From: Callorhinchus milii
Taxonomy: Eukaryota
DNA length: 64,000 bases
Assembly: GCF_018977255.1 (NCBI RefSeq)
Contig: NW_024704761.1
Coordinates: 5,828,001-5,892,000, forward strand
Direction of reading: 5' to 3'
A program made the position numbers and the translations under genes. This document shows, one piece after another, positions 48,040 through 57,970 of this stretch (its first letter is position 1; each line of letters starts with the position of its first letter). The notes beneath the pieces were generated by a model. That model searched no databases, was not told where the DNA came from, and saw only the letters and a list, made by a program, of their open reading frames with translations.

Positions 48040-48460
48040 CCTCCTCCCTTCCTCCCTCTTCCCTCCTCCTCCTCTTCTCTCTCTCTCCCCGTGTGTGTGT
48101 GTGCGAGCGAGTGACTGAGTGTACGCGCGCGTGCGAGTGGCTCTCCAGCTCGAGCGCGCAGCGGTTCCTCGCGCTCTTGTTCGTCCGCTCTCGGCCACCA
48201 CCCTCCTTCCACGCCGGCCCCCGAGCGTGCCCGACGTCACCCGGCCCCTCCCCCCCCGACCCAGGGGAGTCGACCAATGGCGTGGCGAGCGGGGTGACCG
48301 TTGCCAGGCACGGGGTCAGCGGTTGCCAGGGGGATGGGGCAGATGAAAGGAGCGGAGCCGACGGCGGGCGGGTTAACCCCTGGCGCGCCGCCCGCACGGC
48401 CCCCTCACCCCGTCCTCCCTCCCGCCCGCCCGCCCGCCCTCTGCCGTCAAATCATTCAGC
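48040..48460 (-). promoter_or_regulatory. CBX2: CBX2 CpG-island promoter / 5' UTR
   Basis: Very CpG-dense; CRE-like TGACGTCG (~48233), CCAAT (~48275), two GTTGCCAGG RFX-like half sites (~48300, ~48322), TGGCGCGCC E2F-like, GC boxes. Confidence 0.75.
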
Positions 48461-48649
48461 AGTCGGAATGGGGGGAAGACAAAGGATAAACAGGTTAAAA
48501 AAAAACACGGTGGTGGGGGGGAGAGGAGGGGGAGTGAGTGAGTGAGAGTGCGCGTGGTGCTGGTGGGGGGGGGGGGGGGGTGGAAGAGGTCCAAAAAAAA
48601 ATAAGATTTATTAGATGTAAAACGTGCTCACAAGCGCGGATACCTTTAT

Positions 48650-49185
48650 TTATCTCCTCCCCCCCCCCCACCACACACACACACAGCCCCCACCCACTCC
48701 CTCCCTCCCTCCACATCCCCCCCACTCACCCAACCCCCCTCCCTCCATACCCTCCCCCCACTCGCCCACCACCACCCCACCCCCTCCTACACACACACCA
48801 CACCACCCCCCCCCCCCCCACTCCACTCTCCACACACACACACACACACACGCCACAAAGATTCATTCAAGTTGCTCTCAACTTGTTGGAAAGGACAATA
48901 AACCTCCTACACCCCCCCCTCCCCACACACACCACCTCCCCCCCCCCCCCACCCCCCCACACCACACCACCCCCCCACACACACACCACCCCCACCACCC
49001 CCCCCACACACACACCACCCCCCCCCCCACACACCACCCCCCCCCCACCCCCCCACACACACCCACCCCCCCCACACACACACCACCCCCCCACACACAC
49101 ACCACCCCCCCACACACCACCCCCCCCCCCCACACACACCACCCCACCACACACACACACACTCCCCCCCCCCCCCCCCTCCACA
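48650..49185. repeat. C/A-rich low-complexity tract upstream of CBX2
   Basis: Poly-C runs interspersed with (CA)n. Confidence 0.95.
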
Positions 49186-49987
49186 AATGCTAAGACTTGT
49201 TTCATTGGCAAAACGTACGGATTTTCGTTTCGTGTTATTTTTTTGGAGGCAAAAATAATATATATATATATATATACACCAGCACATATATATATTTATA
49301 TAATTATATATATGCGTTTATATACGATTTATATTTATACACAATTCGCCGCTTTTTATGTTATTTTGTTTTTACATCCTCTCTTTGATCAAAAGTTTGC
49401 TCACAAATCTCTCTCCCAACCCCCCCCCCCACCCTGTGCATTTTTTTTTCAAAAAAAGAAACAAAAGCAGAAAGAAACCCCACCCCCACACACACAAAAA
49501 AAACACAATAAATAGTACTTATTTTATTATGCTTTTATTGACTTCTTACTCGTGGAGTTTTGTAGCATTTCGGGAAAGTTACACACAGAACTGTTGCCTT
49601 GTTGATTAAACACTCCTGTCCTTGCCTGAAATGCAAGAATAAAGCGGCGTCCAACTAAGTTAAAATAAAGCATTCCCAGGTAACGCAACATTTGCTTAAC
49701 CGGAAGAGGTCCCCCTGCAAATCCGGCGTAAAACATGATAAAATATTCATTCTTGTCACCATTAGTGAGCTTTGAGGGTTTCGGAAATGAGGACAGCACG
49801 TATAAATCATTCAATCCCATTGTTTCGCGAGGTTATTATAATCCGAATAGATCGAATGTACACAAATCTTTTTTTTTCCATCAAATTCAATCTGAATACT
49901 CACGGTCTAGCTTACTGGGTTGGTGGTATCCACAATATTCTTTTTTTTCTTGAAAACCTCAATTTTACTGATCTGCAGGATCCTGTA

Positions 49988-50300
49988 GGAGTCCTGTAGC
50001 TCAGTGGTTAGAGCACTCGCTTTGCAAGCGAGAGACCCGAGTTCAATTCCAGGCAGGTCAAGGCGAAACGTTGGGCAAGTTTCCTTACTCCACACACAGC
50101 CCAATAATAATCCCTCCAAAACAATAATAAATTGGTCATTTTCAATCTACGACTGTTTGTGGGACATTGCTGAGCACAATTGGCTGCCGCGTTCGCCCAC
50201 AAATATTCAGTCAATTCACTTTACAGTGTGTTCTGTGAAGCGCTTTGGGACGTCCTCCCGACGTGAAAAGCGCTATATCAAATGCAAGGATTATTATTAT
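49988..50300 (+). mobile_element. Young full-length tRNA-Ala(TGC)-derived SINE (reference copy)
   Basis: A box TAGCTCAGTGG, D stem GCTC/GAGC, anticodon arm CTCGC-TTTGCAA-GCGAG, B box GAGTTCAATTCC, body, L2-type stem-loop tail and (ATT)n. Confidence 0.95.
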
Positions 50301-50311
50301 CTAGATTAGTG

Positions 50312-50445
50312 TATTAGATTAGTTAATGGTTATCTTCAATTCACATGGCAATACTACAATTTGTTTTCGTCCGTGCAAAGGAGTAGACGGAAACAAATGT
50401 TAGTTATTGCCATGCACTTGAAGATAACGATTAACTAATCTAATA
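50312..50445. repeat. Long imperfect inverted repeat (~60-bp arms, ~14-nt spacer), MITE-like
   Basis: TATTAGATTAGTTAATGGTTATCTTCAA..CATGGCAATA..ATTTGTTTTCGTC pairs with GACGGAAACAAAT..TATTGCCATG..TTGAAGATAACGATTAACTAATCTAATA. Confidence 0.9.
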
Positions 50446-50559
50446 TCTTTTTTTTAATTTCCGGGGCAGGGCACAAATTTGTTTTTAACTTCTGGGGCAG
50501 GCGACATGCCCTCCATCCGACTTGATGTAAGGTTTTGTCGCCTGGAAGTCTTTAATGGT

Positions 50560-50645
50560 CTTCAAAATATTGGGGAAGGGTGAATAGACTGGGTCTTCAA
50601 AATATTCAAAATATTGGGGAAGGGTGAATAGACTGGGTGAATAGC
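50560..50645. repeat. Short tandem duplication (~35 bp)
   Basis: TTCAAAATATTGGGGAAGGGTGAATAGACTGGGT twice. Confidence 0.9.
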
Positions 50646-50784
50646 GTAAAGAATTAAAGTCAACCGCATAGAATAAAATACCTTCCCCCCTCCTTTATTC
50701 CACCAGTCCATCCCTCCCATGGATTTGTAGGTTTATTCTCTTAGTCTCATTTTACCCAAGTGGCTAGTCTTCACTTTGTATATG

Positions 50785-50998
50785 GCGAGGGGGTGACATT
50801 GGGTAACAATTGGGAACCTGAACCCTTGGTTGATTTTTCCTCTCCTGAGCCCTGGGGCACCAAGGCCAGTTATAGCTTCTAACTGCTGGCTGCTCTTTTG
50901 ATGAGATAACAAAGCACAAAGCGGGATCTAAACGCGAAATCTACTGTTCTGTATGCCTAGAGGGTTTTATTTAACAACTGAGTCATCAAGGAAAGCTG
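50785..50998 (-). mobile_element. Highly degraded ancient SINE (LF-SINE/LmeSINE-type as recalled)
   Basis: Minus strand GACTCAGTTGTTAAAT..CATACAGAACAG..CTATAACTGGCCTTGGTGCCCCAGGGCTCAGGAGAGGAAAAATCAACCAAGG..CCAATGTCACCCC resembles remembered consensus; family name uncertain. Confidence 0.45.
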
Positions 50999-52399
50999 AG
51001 ACTGGTTATTGTTACGTGTTATTATTTACAAATTTTGTTATCCAAATGACAATTGTTTCGGTATTTGTTTCGTTATTTACGCTAGCCATTGATTCAAAAT
51101 TGTTGATGTGATAATAGTTTGAAACATTTGAAAAGAAAAAAAATATATAAAATGATATGGGGAAAGTCCAGGGGAATGTAACTAAATTACACCCAAATTC
51201 AAATAAATGGCTGCTCATCTCAATGATGTTTATCAGATGATGCTGTTGCAGATTGCCTATAAAACAACCTTCACTTCATTTTTAATCAACTTTATTTGTA
51301 AAGCTCTTTAAGATGTTTGTTATGTGAAAAATGCTATATAAATCAAGTTATTGTGATTCAACAGATAGTTTTTTGCAGAAAGCTTTCTTCTGCAATGAAA
51401 CATTCTATGAATCATAAACAGCTATATGATGGCACATATGACTTTGTCTGTTCACTTTTGAGACAAAGGTCAAATTCAGCCCCAAATGATTGATAATATT
51501 AAAAGTTATTCTTTGCACATCATATACTGCAGTGCCTTAAATTAAAAACACCTCACACAGATTACTGCCACAAACTAGTTGGGCCCAATTGCATGTTTCT
51601 GTGCTGTTTTACTCTATGTATATATCTCTACATAACTTCATACAAGTAAGTTACTTACTGTATTTGTAATATAGTGGCTGCTAATCTCCCATCAACAAAA
51701 TCCCAAGAACAGCAATGAGATGAATGACCAGTAAATCTATGAGCTAGTGAATTTGGATTGAATAAAGTCCTCTTTCTCTGTTTCTTGTTAAAGTTCAAAG
51801 AGTCTTACTTGTGTGTGGGAAGTTCTTTGAAGTGCTTTGAGATGTCCTCCTTATGTGAAAGGCGTAATATAAATATAAATTGTTGTTGAGAGGGAGGAAA
51901 AAGAAAGAGTACCCATAAAGGATTGAAATAATGAAAATTTAGCGACAGAAGAATATTGTACTGTTTTGGGTTGATTGACTTTGAAATTCATACAGAGCTT
52001 CTATGAAGAGGTTTCTTCTAGGAAACAGAGTGGGTAAGGTGAAAACTCCACCGTAGGGTAAGTTCTGTCAGGGTTTGATGATTGAAAATCATTTTCTCAT
52101 TCCATACTTTCTTGTGTTATAATACTTGGGGCATTAAGTCATGTAAGTAGTGCAAAACAGTGATAGCTACAGTTCAGCACTCCAGGAAGCAAGAAACAAC
52201 CCTCTTGACTGCAGATAATAAATTGGCTCTTTGCTAGCCCAGACATTTTGCTTGGAATGTCAAAAACTATGGCTCATAAACTGTCAATGAAGTCCTGTTT
52301 CACAGTCATTAAAGCATTCCTTCATTGTCAAAGAGCTTTCATCATTTGCAGCACAGGGATACACACACACAAAAAACAAGTCTGAGAAGAGGTAACCAG

Positions 52400-53450
52400 T
52401 TAGGTGAATGCCATGTCCATTACCCACAGAATCCGTGAGGAGATGAGGAATCAGTTCCACAATGTCAAGGAGTCCAGCAAACATAAATTTGTCTTCAACT
52501 TTCGGGCAACAAAGAAGATGAAAAAAAAGTCTTGCTGAATGTGAACAAGCTTTGGCGGAACATTTTCATTCTGAGCGTATGCATATCACAAGGGATAAAT
52601 CTGGTAAGTGACTTCCCTCTACATCATGTTGAGCACCTCACCTTAATTGATAATGAAATGTATCCTACAGCAGTGGTTTGAAACCATGATTACTTGTTTT
52701 ATGGACAAATGGTTCTTCTTTACAGTAGCTACATAGACACAATACTATGTGAGTGTATATACCTCTCCTCTCCACAGAAGAACCTGGACTGTGGAAAACA
52801 GAGTACCATTGCACGACACATCACTCGAGGAGCCGAATATCAATGCATTACTACAGCACCAGCAAATATGCAGTAACTAATAACTCCACAAATGAGTGAA
52901 TCACCACCATGGGAGCACTGAAAAAAGCCCAGAAATAACATCTCTATTAGGTGACCGTGTATTGAGGAGGGCAAGGCGATGTTGAAGGAGGAATGCTTGA
53001 CAATTGTCAGTAGGCTGGATTCAATATGTTGGAGAACCAATAAGGTATCACCAATGTTGTATCCATTGTCTACAATATGATGGACAAACATATTGGAAGG
53101 ATGGAGAAATGTCAACTGATGGAAACCTCATTGTTCCAAAAGATGAACAACATGGAAGAGAGGAATTGGTTCAATTTGCTTTATCTCACGTTGGGAAGTC
53201 GAAGCTCAAATAAACCCTGTAATTCACAATTGGACAATTTTGAAGAGAGATCGCAATCAACTATGTGGAAAAGCATTTTTGACCTTATGGATCTACAGTG
53301 GTTATTTTAATTAATGGACAATTATGGAATTTCAGGGACACTCTTAAAAAAATTAATGGCTAGGACCAAAATATCAGATAAAAAAATAACACTTCAGAGC
53401 TGTTTACCTATCTTGTGTTATGAACAGGGAAATCAGATTCTTGTTGGAAT
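52400..53450 (+). pseudogene. Decayed coding-like relic of unknown origin (transposon gene or pseudogene)
   Basis: Non-repetitive, protein-like short frames broken by stops, a consensus donor (52604) and acceptor (52777), AATAAA at 53544; no confident homologue. Confidence 0.25.
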
Positions 53451-53869
53451 GTGCCATTAACATATACATTTCTCAGTTGCCATGTTATATTTTCTATATT
53501 GTACCCTCTTCCCATTTGTGTGTACTGAACCTTCACTTTAGTAAATAAACAAGTGTAACAGCAATATTATTTAACCTTTGTGGTTGAGTAAACTCTTACT
53601 CTACTTAATAAAATAAGATGTTTGTTCTTTTGTTTTAAAAATAAAGAAAAATAGACTCTCACACTTTATTAATCAAGTGACCTTGCTTTATTATTTTCTT
53701 CAAACTGTATTTTTCACAATTTCTGAGATGCATGTCTGTTGTGCTTCTCATTTGATGTGTTTTTGAACCTCAGATGTTTGTTCTTCCCTTCAGTTCAGTG
53801 TTATAATAAAGTAAATACATTATGAGAAATGAATGTTTTTACATATACATATGGCCTCACCTCCTCCGT

Positions 53870-55318
53870 ATGTATATTGCACTGTGTTATACAGTATGTA
53901 TATTGTCCCACTGTGTATTGTCTTGTTTATATTGCATTTGTAGATGCATTGTGTGACGTATCTGTGTGTATTGCACTGAGTACATCCAGTGCTTGATTCC
54001 ACTGTGTACATGCGGCGTGTGGATTCCACTGTTTACAAGCAGTGTGTGGCCTGGCTGTGTATGACTGTGTACATGCAGTATGTGTTTTGCACTGAGTACA
54101 TGCAGAGAGTATCTTGTAAAGTGTACATACAGTGCATTGATTGCAGTGTGTACAAGCAGTGCATGACCTCCCAGTGTATCTTACACTGTAGTTACAGCGT
54201 GTGGATTGTGGTGTGTACATAATAATAATAATAATCCTTGCATTTGATATAGCACCTTCTGACGTTTTTGAGATGTCTCAAAGCGCTTTGCAGAATATAC
54301 TGTAAAGTGAATTGACTATATTTTATGGGCGATACATGGGGTGCGTGGATTACAATGGACAAGCAATGTGTGGATTGCACGGCGTACATGCAGTGTATGA
54401 CCTTCCTGTGTATCTCGCACAGTGTACCTGCAATGAATGGATTCCACTCCACATATTCTTTTTTTATGTTACCACTCCATTCCACCGTGTACATACAAGG
54501 CATGGGTGGATTGCCTTTGTGGATTGCACTGTCCAGTGAGTGAGTGAGTGGATTGCACTGTCTGCATGCAGAGAGTGAGTGAGTGGATTGCACTGTCTGC
54601 ATGCAGAGAGTGAGTGGATTGCACTATGTACATGCAGTGAGTGAGTGGATTGCATTGTGTACATGCAGAGAGTGAGTGGAATGCATTGTGTACATGCAGA
54701 GAGTGAGTGAGTGATTGCACTGTGTACATGCAGTGAGTGAGTGAGTGGATTGCACTGTGTATATATGAGGTGAGTGAATGAATGGATTGCATTGTGTACA
54801 TGCAGTGAGTGGATTGCACGGTGTACATGCAGTGAGTGAGTGGATTGCACTATGTACATGCAGTGAGTGAGTGGATTGCATTGTGTACATGCAGAGAGTG
54901 AGTGGAATGCATTGTGTACGTGCAGTGAGTGAGTGGATTGCACTGTGTACATGCAGTGAGTGAGTGGATTGCACTGTGTATATGAGGTGAGTGAATGAAT
55001 GGATTGCATTGTGTACATGCAGTGAGTGAGTGGATTGCATTGTGTACATGCAGAGAGTGAGTGGAATGCATTGTGTACAGAGAGTGAGTGATTGCACTGT
55101 GTACATGCAGTGAGTGAGTGGATTGCACTATGTACATGCAGTGAGTGAGTGGATTGCATTGTGTACATGCAGTGAGTGAGTGGATTGCATTGTGTACACG
55201 CAGTGAGTGAGTGGATTGCACGATGTACATGCAGTGGGTGAGGAGATTGCAATTGTGTACACGCAGTGAGTGAGTGGATTGCACTGTGTACATCGAGTGA
55301 GTGGATTGCACTGTGCAC
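53870..55318. repeat. ~31-bp minisatellite (GAGTGGATTGCACTGTGTACATGCAGTGAGT); homogeneous 54520-55318, decayed to the left
   Basis: ~25 well-conserved units directly visible; length variation by GAGT steps. Confidence 0.95.
54220..54332 (-). mobile_element. SINE 3' tail embedded in the minisatellite
   Basis: (AAT)n-CCTTGCATTTGATATAGC..AAAGCGCTTTGCAGAATATACTGTAAAGTGAATTGACT. Confidence 0.88.
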
Positions 55319-55319
55319 G

Positions 55320-55731
55320 GTCGCCCCTCCCCCTCTGTTGCTGCTGCTGCTGCTGCTGGGGGCGGGCCAGAGCGAGGCGGATTGACGTCACGCGGCGGCG
55401 GCTTCCGGTGCGGGGTGACGGTGACTCGGAGCCGTTGAGCTCGAGCGCAGCCGCCTGAGAAGACGAGGAGCTTTCCCCCCCCCCTTCCCCCGCCCCCCCC
55501 CCACCACCACCACCCCACACACAACCTGAGGCCATAACAAGTGTCGCCGTGTTTCCCTTCACCCCTTCTCTCTCTCTCTCTCGGGTGTTTATCGCGGCGG
55601 CGGCGTAGTGTGTGTGTGTGTGTTGTTTTTTTTTCGGTAGGGAGGGGGGCGGGTGGGGTTGGGCGAAGAGGGGAAGAGAGAGAGGAGAGAGAGAGCGAAC
55701 TGGTGAGCGGTGGTTCGGGATTCTTGTTAAG
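55320..55731 (+). promoter_or_regulatory. PRKAR1A: PRKAR1A CpG-island promoter / 5' leader with full CRE
   Basis: TGACGTCA 55383-55390, CTTCCGG (ETS) ~55402, half-CRE TGACG ~55416, GGGGCGGG boxes, YY1-type AAGATGGCGGC over the start codon. Confidence 0.75.
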
Positions 55732-55920
55732 ATGGCGGCCGCGGGGAGCAGCAGCGGCGGCGGCGGGGGGGAAGAAGAGCGCAGCCTGAGAGAGTGCGAG
55801 CAGTATGTCCACAAGCACAACATCCAGCAGATCCTCAAGGACTGCATCGTGCAGCTGTGCATCGGCAGGCCCGACAAGCCCATCACCTACCTCAGGGAGT
55901 ACTTCGAGAAACTCGAGAAA
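55732..55920 (+). CDS. PRKAR1A: PKA regulatory subunit RI-alpha, first coding exon (dimerisation/docking domain, 63 aa)
   Basis: [58 protein letters not shown]; donor GTGAGT at 55921. Confidence 0.95.
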
Positions 55921-56819
55921 GTGAGTGAAGGTGATCCCGAGTGATTATGGTGGTGGTGGTGGTGGTGGGGGGTTGGGTTTTAAATGGGGCCGTCCTTGTT
56001 TATGTCGAGTTTATTGAGGAGGAGTGGGGGAGAGTGAGAGCAATACACAGCTCACCCGAGACGTCTCGAAAGACGTGATGAGGCGCTGTATCGAATGCGG
56101 GGATTATTATTATTATTATTATTGTTTGTTTATTATTATAATAAGCCGCAGACATTGAACGCTCGGTCGTTTTTTTTTGTATGTTGTTGGGGGGGGGGCA
56201 AAGGGGGTGTTTGTGGTTGGTTTGGTGACTTAACATCGTGTGTGTTTGGGGTTTCAACAAGCGGTGGTGGGGGGCGAGAAAAGAAAAAAAAGGGGGGTTT
56301 GGAAATGAAAGGTTCTGGTCTTGTTTGTGCCCGTTTTGAACTCGGTGCCTCCGCTTTCGAGCTGCGACACCGTTTCTCGATCACCGAGGGGAGGGGGAAA
56401 TGCAACGATAACAGACTAGCGTCAAAAAAAGAAGAAGAACAGAGCGCGAGAGAGAACCCAACCACTTGTTAAATGAGCCCCCACACCCCCCCCACACCCC
56501 CCTCCAAAAAAAACACACACAAACCAAAATGGTCTGTCTTTCTCTTCTGGTGGTGATCGTTCGCGAAAACTGCTAGGCCTGGCCTCTTGTGAAAGGAAAC
56601 TCGAGCAAGCGAGAGCCTGACAACCTCTCTCTCTCTCTCCCCCCCTCCCCACCACCAAAGGTTAACATAGCTGCAACGTTATAAAACTTAAAAGATCGGT
56701 GCACAATTAAACAGCGATCGCACCGAGCGCTGACACTCGGGAGAAATCCCCACTGCCCTTGTGGAAAGAGCCGAATGGTCACGGCGTGTCACATCGGCCA
56801 CTGGTTGGCTTCTGAAATC

Positions 56820-56917
56820 AATATACAGTCAGTTCACTTTGCAGTGTGTTCTGCGAAGCGCTTTGGGACGTCCTCCCGGCGTAAAAAGCGCTATATCAAA
56901 TGCGAGGATTATTATTA
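56820..56917 (+). mobile_element. SINE 3' tail fragment in PRKAR1A intron (another at ~56055-56125)
   Basis: Family tail. Confidence 0.85.
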
Positions 56918-57704
56918 ATTGGAACATTGTCCTGGGTGCGAAGAACCAGTCTTTGAACGTCAGGACTAATTTTTTTTTAGATTCCCAAGTACAGTACTAT
57001 TACAGCGCCTCTTGTCGTTTGTGATTTGAGTTCAATTAAAGTACTGTAGTACAGATATTGTGCAAATCATCTTCCTCTTTCTGTCGCCCTCTTTCTCTTT
57101 TCCGCACTCGGTTGTTTATTTTGGTCATGGCAAAGAGGCCGTGAATAATCCTTCTGTTGATCTCATACATTTAAACTGATTATTGTGGTTTATGATTACA
57201 TTTGAATAGTGAGCTTAGTTTCCCATTTAGATAGTTTAAACACTTCAGGTTTTGGCTTCCTTCTTGGATTAAAGAAAATTGGAAAGTAGAATCATTGTTA
57301 AAACTGGTCATTTTAGAAGCCTACACATCCCAACTAAAGCAGTGAATCAGTCTTGTAGTCACAGCCTAAACTTTGTGGAAATACTGTACAGTTTCTCTAA
57401 TCTCTTTTACTTAAATTGGAAGCTTCACATGAAAGTGTGATATTCACATCTCTCGGCAAAGAGTAATAATATGAACATTCCAGTTCACTGATGATAATTG
57501 TTTTAAAATATTAGTGGGGATTGAGTGACCAAAATCCATATAGCCCTGAATATCGTGTTTGTTATACTAAGTAATATGTTTTATTGTGGGGCAAAGTAAT
57601 GAGAATTTGATTTTTTGTGCAACTTTCTCCATGGATTTTTATAATCCACTTTGTGGGTGATTTGTTAAATCCACTATCAAGGAAATTAATCATTGGTAAT
57701 CATT

Positions 57705-57970
57705 CTCTTCGACCGTGCCTTTAGCTCCCCTCTCGACTGCCTACCCCTTCCTCGCTCCTTCCCTTCCCTCCCCTCACCCTGACCATTTCCCCCCTACTCG
57801 CTCCCTCCCTTCCCTCCCCTCACCCTGACCATTTCCCCCCTCCTCGCTCCCTCCCTTCCCTCCCCTCACCCTGACCATTTCCCCCCCAATGCTCGGGTCC
57901 CGACCCAACTTGGGACGTCCTCCCGACGTGAAAGGCGCTCTATAAATGAAATCTTGTTGTGTTGTTGTTG
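57705..57970 (+). mobile_element. L2-type LINE 3' end with internal 46-bp triplication (57749-57887)
   Basis: CTCTTCGACCGTGCCTTT (LFDRAF, L2 ORF2 end), C-rich UTR, tail GGGACGTCCTCCCGACGTGAAAGGCGCTCTATAAATG+(TTG)n. Confidence 0.75.

Noticed and set aside
46706-49515. Long Pro/Thr/His- or Gly/Val/Trp-rich ORFs
   Set aside because: Stop-free low-complexity C/A tracts; only the embedded CBX2 exons are real
49988-50060. tRNA-Ala(TGC) gene
   Set aside because: D and anticodon arms intact but acceptor and T stems do not pair and it continues into SINE body; multiple copies
54464-55886. 284-322-aa minus-strand ORFs and CRISPR-like periodicity
   Set aside because: 31-bp tandem minisatellite with no unique spacers, in a vertebrate genome without cas genes
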